A stretch of 64,000 bases of DNA from NCBI RefSeq assembly GCF_030028105.1, contig NC_092377.1, positions 14,318,782-14,382,781 of the forward strand, in the 5' to 3' direction. The position numbers and the translations under genes are program-made. The first letter of the stretch is position 1, and each line of letters begins with the position of its first letter. The notes beneath the pieces were generated by a model. That model had not been told where the DNA came from, made no database searches, and saw only the letters and a list, made by a program, of their open reading frames with translations. The DNA comes from Mobula birostris. Its lineage: Eukaryota. Below, piece after piece: positions 61,741 to 64,000 of this stretch.

Positions 61741-63027
61741 AAGCAGTTGCGGGCTCTCCCCCCCCTCAACTTCTGATACCGGGTTCCCTTCCTTGTAGCT
61801 GAACTTTGGAAGTGGAACACATTTTCCTCTTCCTGCATGACCCGTGATCCAGTGTGGTCAAAATCACCCAGGAGTAACATTTCAACCAAAGATGCAATTT
61901 TTCTCCTTGTTACCAAGGCTGCATCTTCAAATCTTTTCTCCCAGCCAGTACTTCAATGATGTTCTTCAACTTCAACGATGTTCTTCAGCTTCAACTTCAG
62001 TTTAGGTCAGGTCCCGGGACCCAAACCTGTCACCACCTAGCACTATCACTTACTGTACACCAGTGTGGAGACGTGATACATTTCAACCTGGAAAAGCCCC
62101 GATGAACTGTCTGCTAAATCTTAAGACCATTAATACATAGGAGCAGAATTAGGTCATTCAGCCCATTGAGTATGCTCTGCCATTCCATCAAGGAGAATTT
62201 ATTACCCGTCTCAACCCCATTCTCCTACCTTCTCCCCGTAACCTTTGACGTTCTAAAGCGATCTTATTCTGAGTCTGTACCCTCTGTCCTAGACTCCTCC
62301 ACAAAGGAAATATCCTCAGATTTGCCATTTGACCTGCCAAACAGGTCAGAAGTTACTTTCAATTCCATATTCACTGATTCATCAATTTTACTGTGGGGAT
62401 GATCACATTGTTGAAGCTGTGGTCCACTAAGACTACAATTAAGATAGCGAACAGGGTTTGGAAGAAAGCTAATTATTGGCAGAGGACATCGAAATTTGTT
62501 CCTTGAGGTAACGAGGAGGTGACATCCAATAGCCCATACAGTAGGTAGTCGTGCATTTAAATGATAAACAAGGTTGAAGTTCTGTCCGAGAGCCATATTA
62601 CCTCCGAGTGGCCTTTCCGAAGGTTGTTCATTATATTTTGCGGATATTTGTCTCTTTAATGGTGCTTAAAGCAGTTTCACCTCTAAATGTCTACACGTCC
62701 TCTCTCTTTTGCCTACACTCAGAACTGCTGCCAACTAACACATCTTTGTCATGTTATGTATGAAGGACATAATTTATTTATGAACTCAGGATGCTCTTGT
62801 TTTATAAAGTTGCTTGTATTTTGTAATTTATTTACACATTACGATAAAAGGCTAACAATTGCTATCTATGCATTGTTATGTACAGTCGCCTGATTCACAT
62901 CTTTAGGCTTGATTTTCTTTGCCATTGTATTCTTGGACATCTATTGTCAGAACAATTGAAGCTTGCTGTTTACCTAACCCTTGTATAAAATGTGTATGAT
63001 AGTCAAATATTGTAGCCTGGTATTGTG

Positions 63028-63033
63028 AATAAA
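63028..63033 (+). terminator. Candidate polyadenylation signal AATAAA
   Basis: Canonical hexamer preceded by UGUA motifs and followed by U/GU-rich sequence. Confidence 0.55.
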
Positions 63034-63433
63034 CATTATATTTTACATCCTGTTAAAGAATACTCACTGTCTTGCTGAATTGTGCATGAATGTACCAGTT
63101 TGCTGGACATACCACAGTTTACCGCAAAGAACAATACAGCACAGGAATAGGCCCACAGTGTTGTGCCAAACCATCTGCCCAACTGTCTGCATACCTGCCC
63201 CACTGTTGATCTAACAGCACTGAAACAGGCTCAGAACCGTGCACAATATCCCAGATGTGGCCCCACTAACGTCCTATACAGCTACAACATGACGTTGTAC
63301 TCCAGTACTCAGTGCTGTGTGTCACAGGCCATCTTCACTATCTCTCCCACTACAGCTGAAACTTAACTCAGACAAGTTCAAAGTGATTACTTCGTTAAAA
63401 TCAAAATAAGATGAGCTTTATTTGTCACATGTA

Positions 63434-64000
63434 CAGTACTGTGCATAAGTTTTAGGCACCCGAGATTTTTTATATGGTTTCAGATGCTATGGCCGCCGCT
63501 GAGCCCTGATCTCAACATCATTGAGGCTCTCTGGGATTACCTGGAGAGACAGAAGCAAGTGAGACAGCCCAAGTCTGCAGAAGAACTGTGGCAAGTTCTC
63601 CAAGATTCATGGAACAATCTGATTTTCTTATGAATAAGATCAAGAGAATTCTGAACAGAGTTTGGCTCATCTAGTCTTCGCCATTTCATCATGGCTGATC
63701 CATTTTCCCTCTCAGCCCCAATCTCCTGCCTTCTGCCTGTATCCCTTAATGCCCTGACTAATTAAGAATTTATCAACTTCTGCCTTAAATGTACCTGGCC
63801 TCCACAGCTGCCCGTGGACACGAATCCCACAGATTCACCACTCTGGCTAAAGCAATTCCACCTCATCTCTGTTCTAAATGGACACCCCTCTATTCTGAGG
63901 CTGCATCTTGACACGACACGGTAGTGTACTTCAGAGAATTGATGCAATTTTAAAGGCAAAGGGTGTTTGCACCAAATATTGATTTTAGTTTTTTTACTAT
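63434..64000 (+). mobile_element. Internally deleted Tc1 element (CAGTACTGTGCA terminus) interrupted by a CR1 tail (~63660-63905)
   Basis: TA|cagtactgtgcataagttttaggcacc, then WPPLSPDLNIIEALWDYLE...AEELWQVLQDSWN, and after the insertion RIDAILKAKGVCTKY*. Confidence 0.8.

Larger units (their letters stand above)
60090..63055 (+). other. Putative KIF26B 3' UTR (~3 kb) containing repeat insertions
   Basis: AU-rich sequence after the stop, ending near AATAAA at 63028; transposon-derived sequence resumes after ~63130. Confidence 0.6.

Noticed and set aside
61950-62000. Short cttcaa(c/t)gatgtt tandem duplication in the 3' UTR
   Set aside because: About two copies of ~19 bp; ordinary slippage.

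Overview
Vertebrate genomic DNA. The CR1 / V-SINE (HE1-like) / Rex-Babar / Penelope repeat complement suggests a cartilaginous fish, probably a ray (inference). The window holds the last five coding exons of a + strand KIF26B (or KIF26B-like) gene: 3700-3862, 16715-19991, 56864-57060, 57962-58118 and 59941-60089 (TAA). All introns are GT-AG and phase-compatible, and a ~3 kb 3' UTR follows. The introns are dense with decayed transposons: CR1, Rex/Babar and RTE LINEs, V-SINEs, a full-length dead Tc1, hAT MITEs and Penelope-derived repeats. There is one assembly gap (4582-4839). Most notable observations: (1) a TSD-flanked 260-bp insert containing a circularly permuted 178-bp piece of CYHR1/ZFTRAF1 coding sequence, suggesting a circular intermediate; (2) minimal hammerhead ribozyme motifs in Penelope-derived repeats, whose core is broken in every copy on the KIF26B sense strand but mostly kept on the antisense strand; (3) a 63-bp minisatellite that multiplies the 5' splice site of the penultimate KIF26B exon; (4) a 12-aa coding repeat in the large exon; (5) a Tc1-type composite element whose ends are mini-MITEs; (6) a four-level nested transposon. 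Gene and repeat family calls come from my recognition of motifs, not database searches, and repeat boundaries are approximate unless TSDs/TIRs are quoted.
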